Assembly: GCA_030141605.1 (NCBI GenBank)
Contig: JAQGDQ010001798.1
Coordinates: forward strand, 1-25,168
DNA: 25,168 bases
Reading direction: 5' to 3'
From: Tubiluchus corallicola
Taxonomy: Eukaryota; Animalia; Priapulida
In this document: one piece after another, positions 15,427 to 25,168 of the stretch
Position numbering within the stretch: position 1 is the stretch's first letter
How the letters are laid out: each line of letters starts with the position of its first letter
The notes under the pieces: generated by a model
Seen by the model: only the letters and a program-made list of their open reading frames with translations
The model's database searches: none
Told to the model about the DNA's origin: nothing
Translations under genes and position numbers: made by a program

Positions 15427-15943
15427 CCTGCTCTGGTTTCGTACAAGTATAAAGAAAGAACTAAAGAAAAAAGATTTATTATATTGAATATTATCGATAA
15501 TATTGAGTGAAAATAGGGGGTGCTGCAGTTCCACACAGTTGCTATACAGGAGCTGCTACTGGACGGGAAACAGTGGGATGCTATAATGGAGGATAGATGC
15601 TCTCTGTCTACAATAGATGCTTAGAGCATCATAAGAAGGAGATTTAGACATTAGACATTTTACCAAACCAATGACAGATGAGAAGATATCTGAGATTTTG
15701 TTCATGTAAATCGCTGCTAAATTTTTATCCTTGATGCGAAGTAATGATTTAGAAGTAATTTAGAAGTAATTTAGAAGTAATGATTTGGAAGTAATTAAAT
15801 CATTTAATGATTATGTTGAAAAAGCGTTTTTAAGACAAGATGAACAATATACTCTGTTATGATCATAGCATTGAAAATGAGGCCTGATGAGTGAAAATTT
15901 ATTAAGATTTTGCCATAGTAAAATCTTACTCTTTTTCATTGAG

Positions 15944-16380
15944 TTATTTATTTATTTATTTATTTATTTAGTTGTTCATTTATTTAGTTGTTCATTTATT
16001 TATTTACTTATTTATTTATTTATTTGTTCATTTATTTATTTATTTGTTTATTTATTTATTCGTTTACTGTTTTATTTATTTATTTGGTTATTTATTTATT
16101 TATTTGTTTGTTTATTTATTTATTCGTTTATCTATTTATTTATTTATTTATTTATTTATTTGTTCAATTATTTATTTATTTGTTTATTTATTTATTCGTT
16201 TATTTATTTATTTATTTATTTGGTCATTTATTTATTTATTTGTTTATTTATTTATTAGTTTGTTTATTTATTTATTTATGTATTTGTTCATTTATTTATT
16301 TATTTGTTTATTTATTTATTCGTTTATTGATTTATTTAATTATTTGTTCATTTATTTATTTATTTATTTGTTTATTTATT
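15944..16380. repeat. Degenerate (TTTA)n microsatellite
   Basis: Directly visible. It explains the LFIY ORFs in three frames. Confidence 0.97.
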
Positions 16381-17066
16381 CTCTGCAACTTTAACGCTTA
16401 ATAACTCCTAAGCCTTGCAAGCTAGGGTCACCGAACTCACAGGGTTGGTAGCCCTGGGCGGGCGGGGGGGGGGGGGTTACGTACAACAGACCACTGACCA
16501 CTGGGCGGCAGTGGGCGTTGGTCACTTTTTACTATGGGCATCCAATGGACAGTTTTGATTTTATAACCATGGTTTCAAGATCTTCAGTTTCTCACCACGT
16601 GAGAAAAATTGTCAACAACTTTTAAATGCCATTCATCAAACTTTTCACGTAAATAACTAATATGGCTAACAGGAAGATCTAATAATATTCGTTTCATCAG
16701 TAAATTAAAGTGAGACTGAGTCTAAACAATCGTCGGTCTTCCTTTAATGATTATAAATAAACTTTTAAACTTTAAATTTGCATGTTATTAAGCAACCTGT
16801 ATTTTATCTTAATCAAATATCTAGACAGAAGTTTTACAGATTAGAAAATGATTACAAACAAATAATTTAAGGAAAACCGGATGATTGTGTAAACCGGATG
16901 ATTGTGTTTTTGGGAGATGTCGCTTAAGACTTGTCTACAATAGGAATGTGTAAAGAAATGATCCTTCATTATACGCTGGCCGCCATATCCTAGAGTTAAA
17001 GGCATTACAAACAATTATGTGCCATGAAAGGCCAGGCTATATTATCATTATCGTATGCATTATCTG

Positions 17067-17125
17067 TATATACACACACTCACACACGCACGCGCACACA
17101 CACACACACATATATATATACATAC
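17067..17125. repeat. (CA)n/(TA)n microsatellite
   Basis: Directly visible. Confidence 0.9.
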
Positions 17126-17245
17126 ATCGGGTAGGTATAATATACTCGGCCCAGGCACTTGCACGTATCTTACACACTAACACAGCAATCTATTGACTTA
17201 TTACTCGGCCATTGTTGACATTATTTACTCTGGAAGATCTTAATA

Positions 17246-17352
17246 TTTTACGGTCGACTTGTACACAGGTAATATATAAAATGATGCAATTTTTGGTCTT
17301 AAAATGTACATCTACTTGTACATAAGGTCCACTTGTACACACATATATACGG
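17246..17352 (-). mobile_element. Terminal fragment of a Tc1/mariner Tc2/pogo-like MITE
   Basis: The reverse complement begins CCGTATATATGTGTGTACAAGTGGAC with repeated TGTACAAGT motifs, similar to CCGTA-ended Tc2-group termini. The flank is TG rather than the expected TA, and I saw no partner end. Confidence 0.45.
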
Positions 17353-18819
17353 TGTGTTAAGTTTAAAGGAAAACCGGATGATTGTGTAAACACGAGTTCA
17401 GAATAAAGAATGCTCTAAAATATTGAAAACTACAATAGCTTATTTTAAATCAAAGCTTAGATTAGATAATAATTACCTCGGATACTCAAATTTTGTTAAA
17501 CTTTCAAAGCTCCGCGCGGCTCAGTGAATCTACTAAGATTGGCAACGGCGCCTTTTTGTCACATTCGCGTGGCCGACAAATAGAAGGCGGTACCGTGATA
17601 AGCAGGATCATGAACTGCAGTGTTAGTTTCTGACGTCATATGACGTAAAGCTCATTTTTCGTGACATCACGCGTTTAAACAGTACTGTAACACTTATATA
17701 AACGTGCTTGATGGGCAAGGGAAGATGGCTGCCATTGCACAAACTGTGGTTAGTTTCTGACGTAAGCGATGGCTGTGTTCGGTTGCCGTTAATTAACTTT
17801 CTAAGCTAATCAATAATAATTACCTCTGATACTCACTTTGAAGTGTTGAAAAGAAACATCGGAAATGACTCACGTGAAAGAATTATTATCACACAAACAC
17901 AATTTCATGGTCGCGCCACTAGTTCTTCGCTGTTACATGCATTTCACCATTCACATTTAGATGGGCACTAGCGCCTGCAGTTCGGGAACGTGTTGCACAA
18001 AAAACAGGTGTTATACCTCTCATTTCAGTGTTGTTCGTTTGTGACGTAATGCACACATTCGATAGCTCACGCACGATCACAACCGTAAATTTAAGATTTG
18101 AATTTTTATCTCAGAACTTGCCTACTAGTTTTGGCACAACACACTGAATCTCTTTCGCAAACACGCGGAATATTTTTGTTGTCGAAAATCGTGTTAGTTT
18201 GTGATGTCAATAGTTGGGCTCCCTTGCATTAATTAAGATTTTAATCTATTATTTAATCATCAGAAATACTTTTGTAATTGTGTTAAAATGTATACTGTTT
18301 ATCCGACTTGAAAATGGGGTAGTTTATGAAAAATCATCCCCTCTTCTTTTATACATGGTGAATTGAATGCATTATAGAGTCCATATTGGAAAAACTCTTT
18401 TACAAAATTAATACACTTCTTAACAGTTATCGACCGGAAATAATCATTGAGAAAAAAAGGAAGTTTATGCCGCTTTGTTGTTTTGCACCTGTGCGTGTTT
18501 TTCGCTGGCTTCTCGACAAACAAACCAATACATTTTTTTGCTGGCTTCATTTCAAACAGAACAAGAAATTGGCTTCATTTCAAAACGGACGAAGACAGTT
18601 CGTCGATTTCTCGCGTGTCTCAACGGCATCTTGTCTTTTTCTTGATGGTGACGTGTTTACTCAAGCAGGTGTGAGAACAATGACACGCCCACGCACTTTT
18701 ACACCTTAATATTTAATGACGTAGACCACTTAATGCAGTTAATTAGCCGGGTCATTGAATGTAATTGAGTAAAGCTTTCATAGGAGCTGTCATGTTCACG
18801 AAGGAATAGTGTTGCAAAA

Positions 18820-18822
18820 GAC

Positions 18823-18854
<32 letters not shown>

Positions 18855-19416
18855 CGATGATGATGATGATGATGACAATGATGATGGTGATGACGACGAC
18901 AATGTTGATGATGACGATAATTATGACGACGATGATGACGATGATGGTGATGATGACGACGACGATGATGACGATGACGATGATGGTGACGACGACGACA
19001 ACGACGACGACGACGATGATGATGTTTATGATGATGATGACCATGACACCGATGACGATGATGTCGACGATTATGTATGATGATAGTGGTGGTGGTCATG
19101 ATGATGATGATGATGATGCTGGTGGTGATGATGATGATGATGATGACGATGATGTCGACGATTATGATGATAATGGTGGTGATGATGATGATGATGGTGG
19201 TGATGGTGATGATGATGATGATGCTGGTGGTGATGATGATGATGACGATGATGATGATGATGACGTTGACAATGATAACACAGCTACTGCAGTGGCAGCA
19301 GCTTCTGCGGCTCCTGCTGGTCCAGTTGCTAATGAAGGTGATGATGAAGATGATAATGACGACGACAATGTTGAAGATGATGACAATGATGACTTTGATG
19401 ATGATGGCGACAATGA
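18820..19416. repeat. Compound (GAT)/(GAC)/(GGT)n microsatellite
   Basis: Directly visible, and open in several frames on both strands. Confidence 0.95.
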
Positions 19417-20112
19417 CGGGAAGAGTCCTCCGCGCTATTCGATTCGAAATACCCGAAGTAAAAATCCCATAACAGGCTTAAAGAATTAGCGAAGATTTTC
19501 TTCCCAAACTTTTGAACGACTCATTCCTAACTTCCTGTTCCCAGTGCCGTCGTTTAATGACAGGTAAATCCCTCTCATCAACCGAGCATGCGCAGTAGCG
19601 ACCTACGCTCATAACACCTATAAGCGCATTAGATGAGCAGCAAAACATCCAATCTTGACCATTCATTCAACTGCATAAGACGCAGAAGAACTTCAAATTA
19701 CGACAATGCTGTCTCGAAGAAGAAACTCCAAGACGTTTGATAAGATTTCACAAGTTTTGCTTGTAATTAGTGAGATGTTGTATTGAGTTACATGGCTTCC
19801 TTCATCTGCAATTTTATTGACACTGGCTTCTGAGGAAAATAATTTGATTTTGTGACAAAATTTTTTTGAGAATTTTTACAAGATTCAGATTGTTTCAAAA
19901 CGATTTGTAGAAACAATTAGAGATGCAACTCTAACGAGAGACAGTGATTTTTGAAACAAACTCTCGAGGAGTTTTGAAACATTCGACGTTTCAAAGTAAA
20001 AAAAACGGTTAGTTTTCGATGCTTTTTCTGAAGAATACGAAAAACTGGTGAAAAGTTGTACGAAAAAAGAACAAGAAAAACGAAGAGACCGAGGCAACAT
20101 ATCGCCGATCAA

Positions 20113-20190
20113 ACTAGAGGAAGGGCAGGTAAGAAGCTATATCTTAAATTTAGTGGGCCTGGGTTCGAATCCAAGTGGAGGTACGACATG
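20113..20190 (+). pseudogene. Degenerate tRNA-like sequence (tRNA pseudogene or SINE head)
   Basis: Perfect B-box GGTTCGAATCC at 20162-20172 in an imperfect T-stem (CTGGG/CCAAG), preceded by GGTAAG and an imperfect CTATA-7nt-TTTAG arm. The acceptor stem is not recoverable. Confidence 0.45.
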
Positions 20191-20394
20191 AAAGAACATA
20201 AGAATAATTTTTTTGAACCTATTTATCAAAAAGTATACTAGACAACGCTGATAGCAATAGTTTCTGAAATGTGGGGAACTTTCCCGAGTATAAACAATTT
20301 TCGGGAAGACTCCCTAAAGTGCATGATATAATCTGGTACAGAACGTGTACAAAATTACGTTTATTAACAATATTTACATGATATGGACTATATA

Positions 20395-20874
20395 AGCACA
20401 AGAAAACCCTCCACTTACATAAAGCTTAAAAAATTCCTCTTGTAACTTCATACTACTTACATGCTCCTTTTTGCATGCAGGGCTCGCGTCGGCAGTAGAC
20501 AGAAAACTTGTAAATTTATACTTCCGCGTTGACCATTTGGCGCAGCCATTTTGACGATAAGTCATTTGAAGCAAGTTTTGATAACACAGAGTAAAGTTTG
20601 AAAAAATAATCAGAGCATTCGTAGCGCACATGTTGCTAATTAAGTAAAATTTTAAATTACTGTATCTTGTCAATTAGATTAAAAATACGTTTTTGGTTAG
20701 TGAGTGGTGCACCCTGGAGGGTGAGTCAGCGACATTTTACCAATTGGCACAAACATTTTAAATTATTATTTCTAATTACGTAAGTCTTTCCAGCAGGTAA
20801 GTGAAATACTAAGTAATATAACTTTGCATGGAAAGTTTTTTGGGACATAATTTAGCATTTCCTTTTCTTCCCCT
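20395..20874 (+). mobile_element. Older, longer (~480 bp) copy of the Kolobok-like MITE family
   Basis: CAAGAAAACCCT, TAAAGCT..AAAAAATTCCTCTTG, AAAACTTGTAAATTTA, AGTGGTGCAC, AAGTCTTTC.AGCAGGTAA and CTTTTCTTCCC occur in the same order as in 4847-5185. Confidence 0.65.
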
Positions 20875-21430
20875 GATTTACGTTGTGCGTGTATGACGTC
20901 ACGTAATGGCGCGGTCGGAACAGTGACGCGGAGGATTTAAAATGAAGACAAACAAAAATTTCGTTTCAACGCGGGTACGATATGCGCATAAAATTACTGT
21001 AAAGTAGTATAATTTTTTGAGGCGATTTTTCTAAAACCTACTTCCGGTTCCCCTTTTCTTCTCCTTTAAGTCTAAAATAAGATGAAATCGAATTTAAAAA
21101 ACTGATTTTACCTTGTGACAGATATCCAAGCCTTTGTCTGGCTTATTATATGACTACGTCACGACATTTTGACAAATTTCGATTAAAGGAAAGAACAAGT
21201 TATTTAGCGTGTCGAGTTCATTTTACTGTTCTTGCTTAAACTGAGAAAAATATAACAAAGAAATTAGAGAGAACTTTCTATAAAGCATAAATTTAAAATA
21301 TACCACCCCTGAATAGAAAATTATGACGTAACTGCGAGATGTAAGATGACGTAACTGGGAGATTATGACGTAAGATGAATCTTGAGTTGTTTTAAAGCAG
21401 TGATACTAAGTAGTGTCTATTTATTTTTTA

Positions 21431-21711
21431 GTTCAGTAGTTTCACTCTTGAAAAAATAGTTAGACTGCTTCTTTTTGGAATTCTCCCTACGTTTTATTTT
21501 ATTTTATTTATCATCACTGCTGTCGTTGTGCTTGTGTTGTTGTTGTTGTTGTTGTTGTTGCACTTACTGTTGTTGTTGCTGCTGCTGTTGTTGTTGTTGT
21601 GTTGAGGTTGTGGTCGTCATCATCACTGCTGTCGTTGTGCTTGTTCAGTAGTTTCACTCTTGAAAAAATAGTTAGACTGCTTCTTTTTGGAATTCTCCCT
21701 ACTTTTTATTT
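21431..21711 (+). repeat. Local ~70-bp direct repeat enclosing a (GTT)n tract
   Basis: GTTCAGTAGTTTCACTCTTG...CTCCCTAC at 21431 and 21643. Confidence 0.93.
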
Positions 21712-22044
21712 GGCAATTTCTTGTTGAACTCCCTGTGTCCCTTGATAAGCACGTGATGTCCACGTGATCAAAATACTATGATGTTAACCGTGTAATTTGT
21801 TTATATAATTAGTGTAAAACAGCCTGTTTACTTAGAGCTTTTGGGTTGGTCATGTACTTTAGAAGTTTTTATACTAATACGAGCGTTCACTTTGATGAGA
21901 ATGTGAAACAGAATTAGGAGAATTGCACGCGATGCTAATGGATGTTTTAATGAATCAAATTACGTCGTCAGATTACGCTAAATCCTCAAAGTCAGATTTT
22001 CTTCTCAGCACTAAAAGTTGCATGTGGTGATGAATTTACTGTCT

Positions 22045-22126
22045 AGTTGTTTTTGCTGCTGGTGGAGCTGATGTTGCTGTTGCTACAGTTGTTGTGGCAA
22101 CAACTGTTGTTGTTGTAGTTGTTGAT

Positions 22127-22201
<75 letters not shown>

Positions 22202-22538
22202 ATTGTTGTTGTTGTTGATGATGTCACAATCTCCATACAATGCTGCTGTTGTTGTTGTTGTGGCAACTAGTGTTGTTGATGTTGTTGTTGTTGTGGCAAC
22301 TAGTGTTGTTGATGTTGTTGTTGTGGCAACTACTGTTGTTGATGTTGTTGTTGTTGTGGCAACTACTGTTGTTGATGTTGTTGTTGTTGTGGCAACTACT
22401 GTTGTTGATGTTGTTGTTGTTGTTGTTATTGTTGTTGTTGTTGTTGTTATTGTTGTTGTTGTTATTGTTGTTGTTGTTGTTGTTATTATTATTGTTGTTG
22501 TTGTTGTTGTTGTTGTTGCTGTTGCTGTTGCTGTTGTT

Positions 22539-22604
<66 letters not shown>

Positions 22605-22917
22605 GATGATGTCACAATCTCCATACAATGCTGCTGTTGTTGTTGTGGCAACTAGTGTTGTTGATGTTGTTGTTGTTGTGGCAACTAGTGTTGTTGATGT
22701 TGTTGTTGTTGTGGCAACTAGTGTTGTTGATGTTGTTGTTGTTGTGGCAACTAGTGTTGTTGATGTTGTTGTTGTGGCAACTACTGTTGTTGATGTTGTT
22801 GTTGTTGTGGCAACTACTGTTGTTGATGTTGTTGTTGTTGTTGTTGTTGTTATTGTTGTTGTTGTTGTTGTTATTGTTGTTGTTGTTATTGTTGTTGTTG
22901 TTGTTGTTGTTATTATT

Positions 22918-22980
<63 letters not shown>

Positions 22981-23028
22981 ATTGTTGTTGTTGTTGTTGT
23001 TATTGTTGTTGTTGTTGTTGTTATTATT

Positions 23029-23062
<34 letters not shown>

Positions 23063-23086
23063 GTTGCTGTTGCTGTTGCTGTTGTT

Positions 23087-23125
<39 letters not shown>

Positions 23126-23421
23126 GATGATGTCACAATCTCCATACAATGCTGCTGTTGTTGTTGTTGTTGTTGTTGTTGTGGCAACTAGTGTTGTTGA
23201 TGTTGTTGTTGTTGTGGCAACTAGTGTTGTTGATGTTGTTGTTGTTGTGGCAACTAGTGTTGTTGATGTTGTTGTTGTGGCAACTACTGTTGTTGATGTT
23301 GTTGTTGTTGTGGCAACTACTGTTGTTGATGTTGTTGTTGTTGTTGTTGTTATTGTTGTTGTTGTTGTTGTTATTGTTGTTGTTGTTATTGTTGTTGTTG
23401 TTGTTGTTATTATTATTGTCG

Positions 23422-23456
<35 letters not shown>

Positions 23457-23471
23457 GCTGTTGCTGTTGTT

Positions 23472-23503
<32 letters not shown>

Positions 23504-23625
23504 AGTTGTTGTTGTTGTTGTCGTGCTGTTGTTGTTGTAGTCACTGTTGTTGTGTTGTGGTTGTGGTCGTCATCATCACTGCTGTCGTTGTGCTTGTGTT
23601 GTTGTTGTTGCAATTGCTGTTGCTG
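22045..23625. repeat. (GTT)n-based compound satellite with three higher-order units
   Basis: Anchor GATGATGTCACAATCTCCATACAATGCTGCTG at 22217, 22605 and 23126. Each is followed by 5-6 GTGGCAACTA(G/C)TGTTGTTGAT sub-repeats. Confidence 0.96.
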
Positions 23626-24067
23626 TCTCTGTTTCGGATTTTAGTCTTTACTTATCAAGGCACTCCGAAATGTCACACGCAAGATGTGCAAACATTCATT
23701 TGAGTCCTCACTGCAGCCTCCAAAGGGAGCGTTTCGTTTTGTTTCGGCTAAGAAGCAGCAGCTACCTGCCGTGTCAACAGTGTCACGCAAAGGTGAAATA
23801 ATAAAATATTTACCCTTGCCATTTGCACGATTGCCATCTTCAAATTTTCAATAAAAACACCTGACGATCAGGTTTCCGGCTTTTAGCAAACTGTCTCCTA
23901 ACTTCCTTTTCAGATTATAGGTGGCGCTATTTGGAAAAATAGTTTCTCTTTACTTTGATGTGCAAAAAACGTCATAATTTCCGTTAGGGTTTAAGTATGC
24001 TTAGTAATTACGAAAAGATTTTTAAAATAAACACAATGCATTGGGTATATCCACAGCAAAGTTAGCA

Positions 24068-24532
24068 ATTTAAGCATTAAAATTAAGCACATTAATAGTA
24101 AAATTAAACATTTTAAGCATTAAAATTAAGCACATTCAGAGTAAAATTAAACATTTTAAGCATTAACATTAAGCACGTTAATAGTAAAATTAAACATTTT
24201 AAGCATTAAAATTAAGCACATCTATAGTCAAATTAAACATATTAAGCATTAAAATTGAGTCATGCATGGTAAAATTAAACATATTAAGCATTAAAATTAA
24301 GCACGTTAATAGTAAAATTAAACATTTTAAGCATTAAAATTAAACACATCTATAGTCAAATTAAACATATTAAGCATTAAAATTGAGTCATGCATGGTAA
24401 AATTAAACATTTTAAGCATTAAAATTAAGCACATTAATAGTAAAATTAAACATTTTAAGCATTAAAATTAAGCACATTAATAGTAAAATTAAACATTTTA
24501 AGCATTAAAATTAAGCACATTAATAGTAAAAA
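24068..24532 (+). repeat. AT-rich 43-bp tandem repeat, ~11 copies
   Basis: TAAGCATTAAAATTAAGCACATTAATAGTAAAATTAAACATTT at 24071, 24114 ... 24499. Confidence 0.96.
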
Positions 24533-24984
24533 TGAGAAATACTTAATATTATTAAAAACACACAAAACAAAGACAACGCTTTAAGATACAAAAATAATAG
24601 AATTGAGTACAATAATAAAATTTAAATTAATAAAATGTATCATTAAATACACAGTATAAAAATAAAAATTACAGTACAAATTATAGCAAAATTTTGATTT
24701 TGTAATTATACATTAAAATTTATTAATACATGTAATAATAATATGTAATAATAAACAATAAATAAAAAACTTAGTACACGTATACATTCTAAATACAATA
24801 AGATATACTGTAAGATGCAAACTAGATATGGAAAAATATATTAACATTAGAAAGAAGCTCCTTCGTTAAAGACTATGGCTGGATATGGCTATTATAGGTT
24901 CATATAGGCAGCGTTCTGGGTCCCTTCAGCTTTCGTAACGTTTCGTAAAAAGTTCGTTTTTTTCACTACGGTTGTGTTGCAGTA

Positions 24985-25168
24985 CATGAAAAATCATCCT
25001 GTCTTCCTTTAATAACATGAAAAACCATCCTGTCTTCCTTTAATAACATGAAAAACCATCCTGTCTTCCTTTAATAACATGAAAAATCATCCTGTCTTCC
25101 TTTAATAACATGAAAAACCATCCTGTCTTCCTTTAATAACATGAAAAACCATCCTGTCTTCCTTTAAT
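24985..25168 (+). repeat. 31-bp tandem repeat, ~6 copies, running to the window edge
   Basis: CATGAAAAA(C/T)CATCCTGTCTTCCTTTAATAA at 24985, 25016 and onward. Confidence 0.97.

Larger units (their letters stand above)
17367..25008. mobile_element. Candidate ~7.6-kb Kolobok-like element (pairing of ends uncertain, no transposase ORF seen)
   Basis: TTAA|AGGAAAACCGGATGATT at 17363-17383 pairs with AATCATCCTGTCTTCCT|TTAA at 24992-25012: a 15/17 inverted match with TTAA on both sides. Confidence 0.4.

Noticed and set aside
15887-16401. Hydrophobic LFIY-rich membrane-protein-like ORFs
   Set aside because: (TTTA)n microsatellite read in three frames.
7149-16477. Poly-G/poly-C runs (7149, 11327, 14087, 14235, 16464) as a G-quadruplex or TIR system
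   Set aside because: They are simple homopolymers with no shared flanking sequence.
19706-20133. Possible decayed exon ending at CAG|GTAAG
   Set aside because: There are four in-frame stops in ~140 codons and no recognisable motif, and the GGTAAG is equally explained by the tRNA-like head.
22036-23540. Mucin-like Thr-rich ORFs on the minus strand
   Set aside because: The frame changes at every higher-order unit, and it is (AAC)n-derived sequence.

Overview
AT-rich, repeat-dominated eukaryotic DNA, resembling an invertebrate intergenic or intronic region. I find no intact protein-coding gene, rRNA, intact tRNA or CRISPR array, and most long ORFs in the track are microsatellite read-throughs. 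Main content: (1) decayed L2/CR1-group LINE fragments at ~200-1010 and 3027-3572 (both - strand) and probably 3573-3905 (+); (2) a near-perfect ~1.63-kb inverted duplication (1261-2891 vs 4379-6012) with breakpoints in microsatellites; (3) a family of TTAA|AGG-ended, Kolobok-like non-autonomous DNA transposons, one copy of which seeded a 66 x 43-bp satellite (7381-10216); (4) a 1.46-kb element with short TIRs and inverted subterminal tandem arrays (12177-13641); (5) a candidate 7.6-kb Kolobok-like element (17367-25008) whose right TIR plus TTAA is itself tandemly amplified; (6) many micro- and minisatellites. The most notable pattern is repeated birth of tandem arrays from transposon sequence. 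I see no supportable novel protein-coding system. All alignments were made by eye, and superfamily assignments are inferences.
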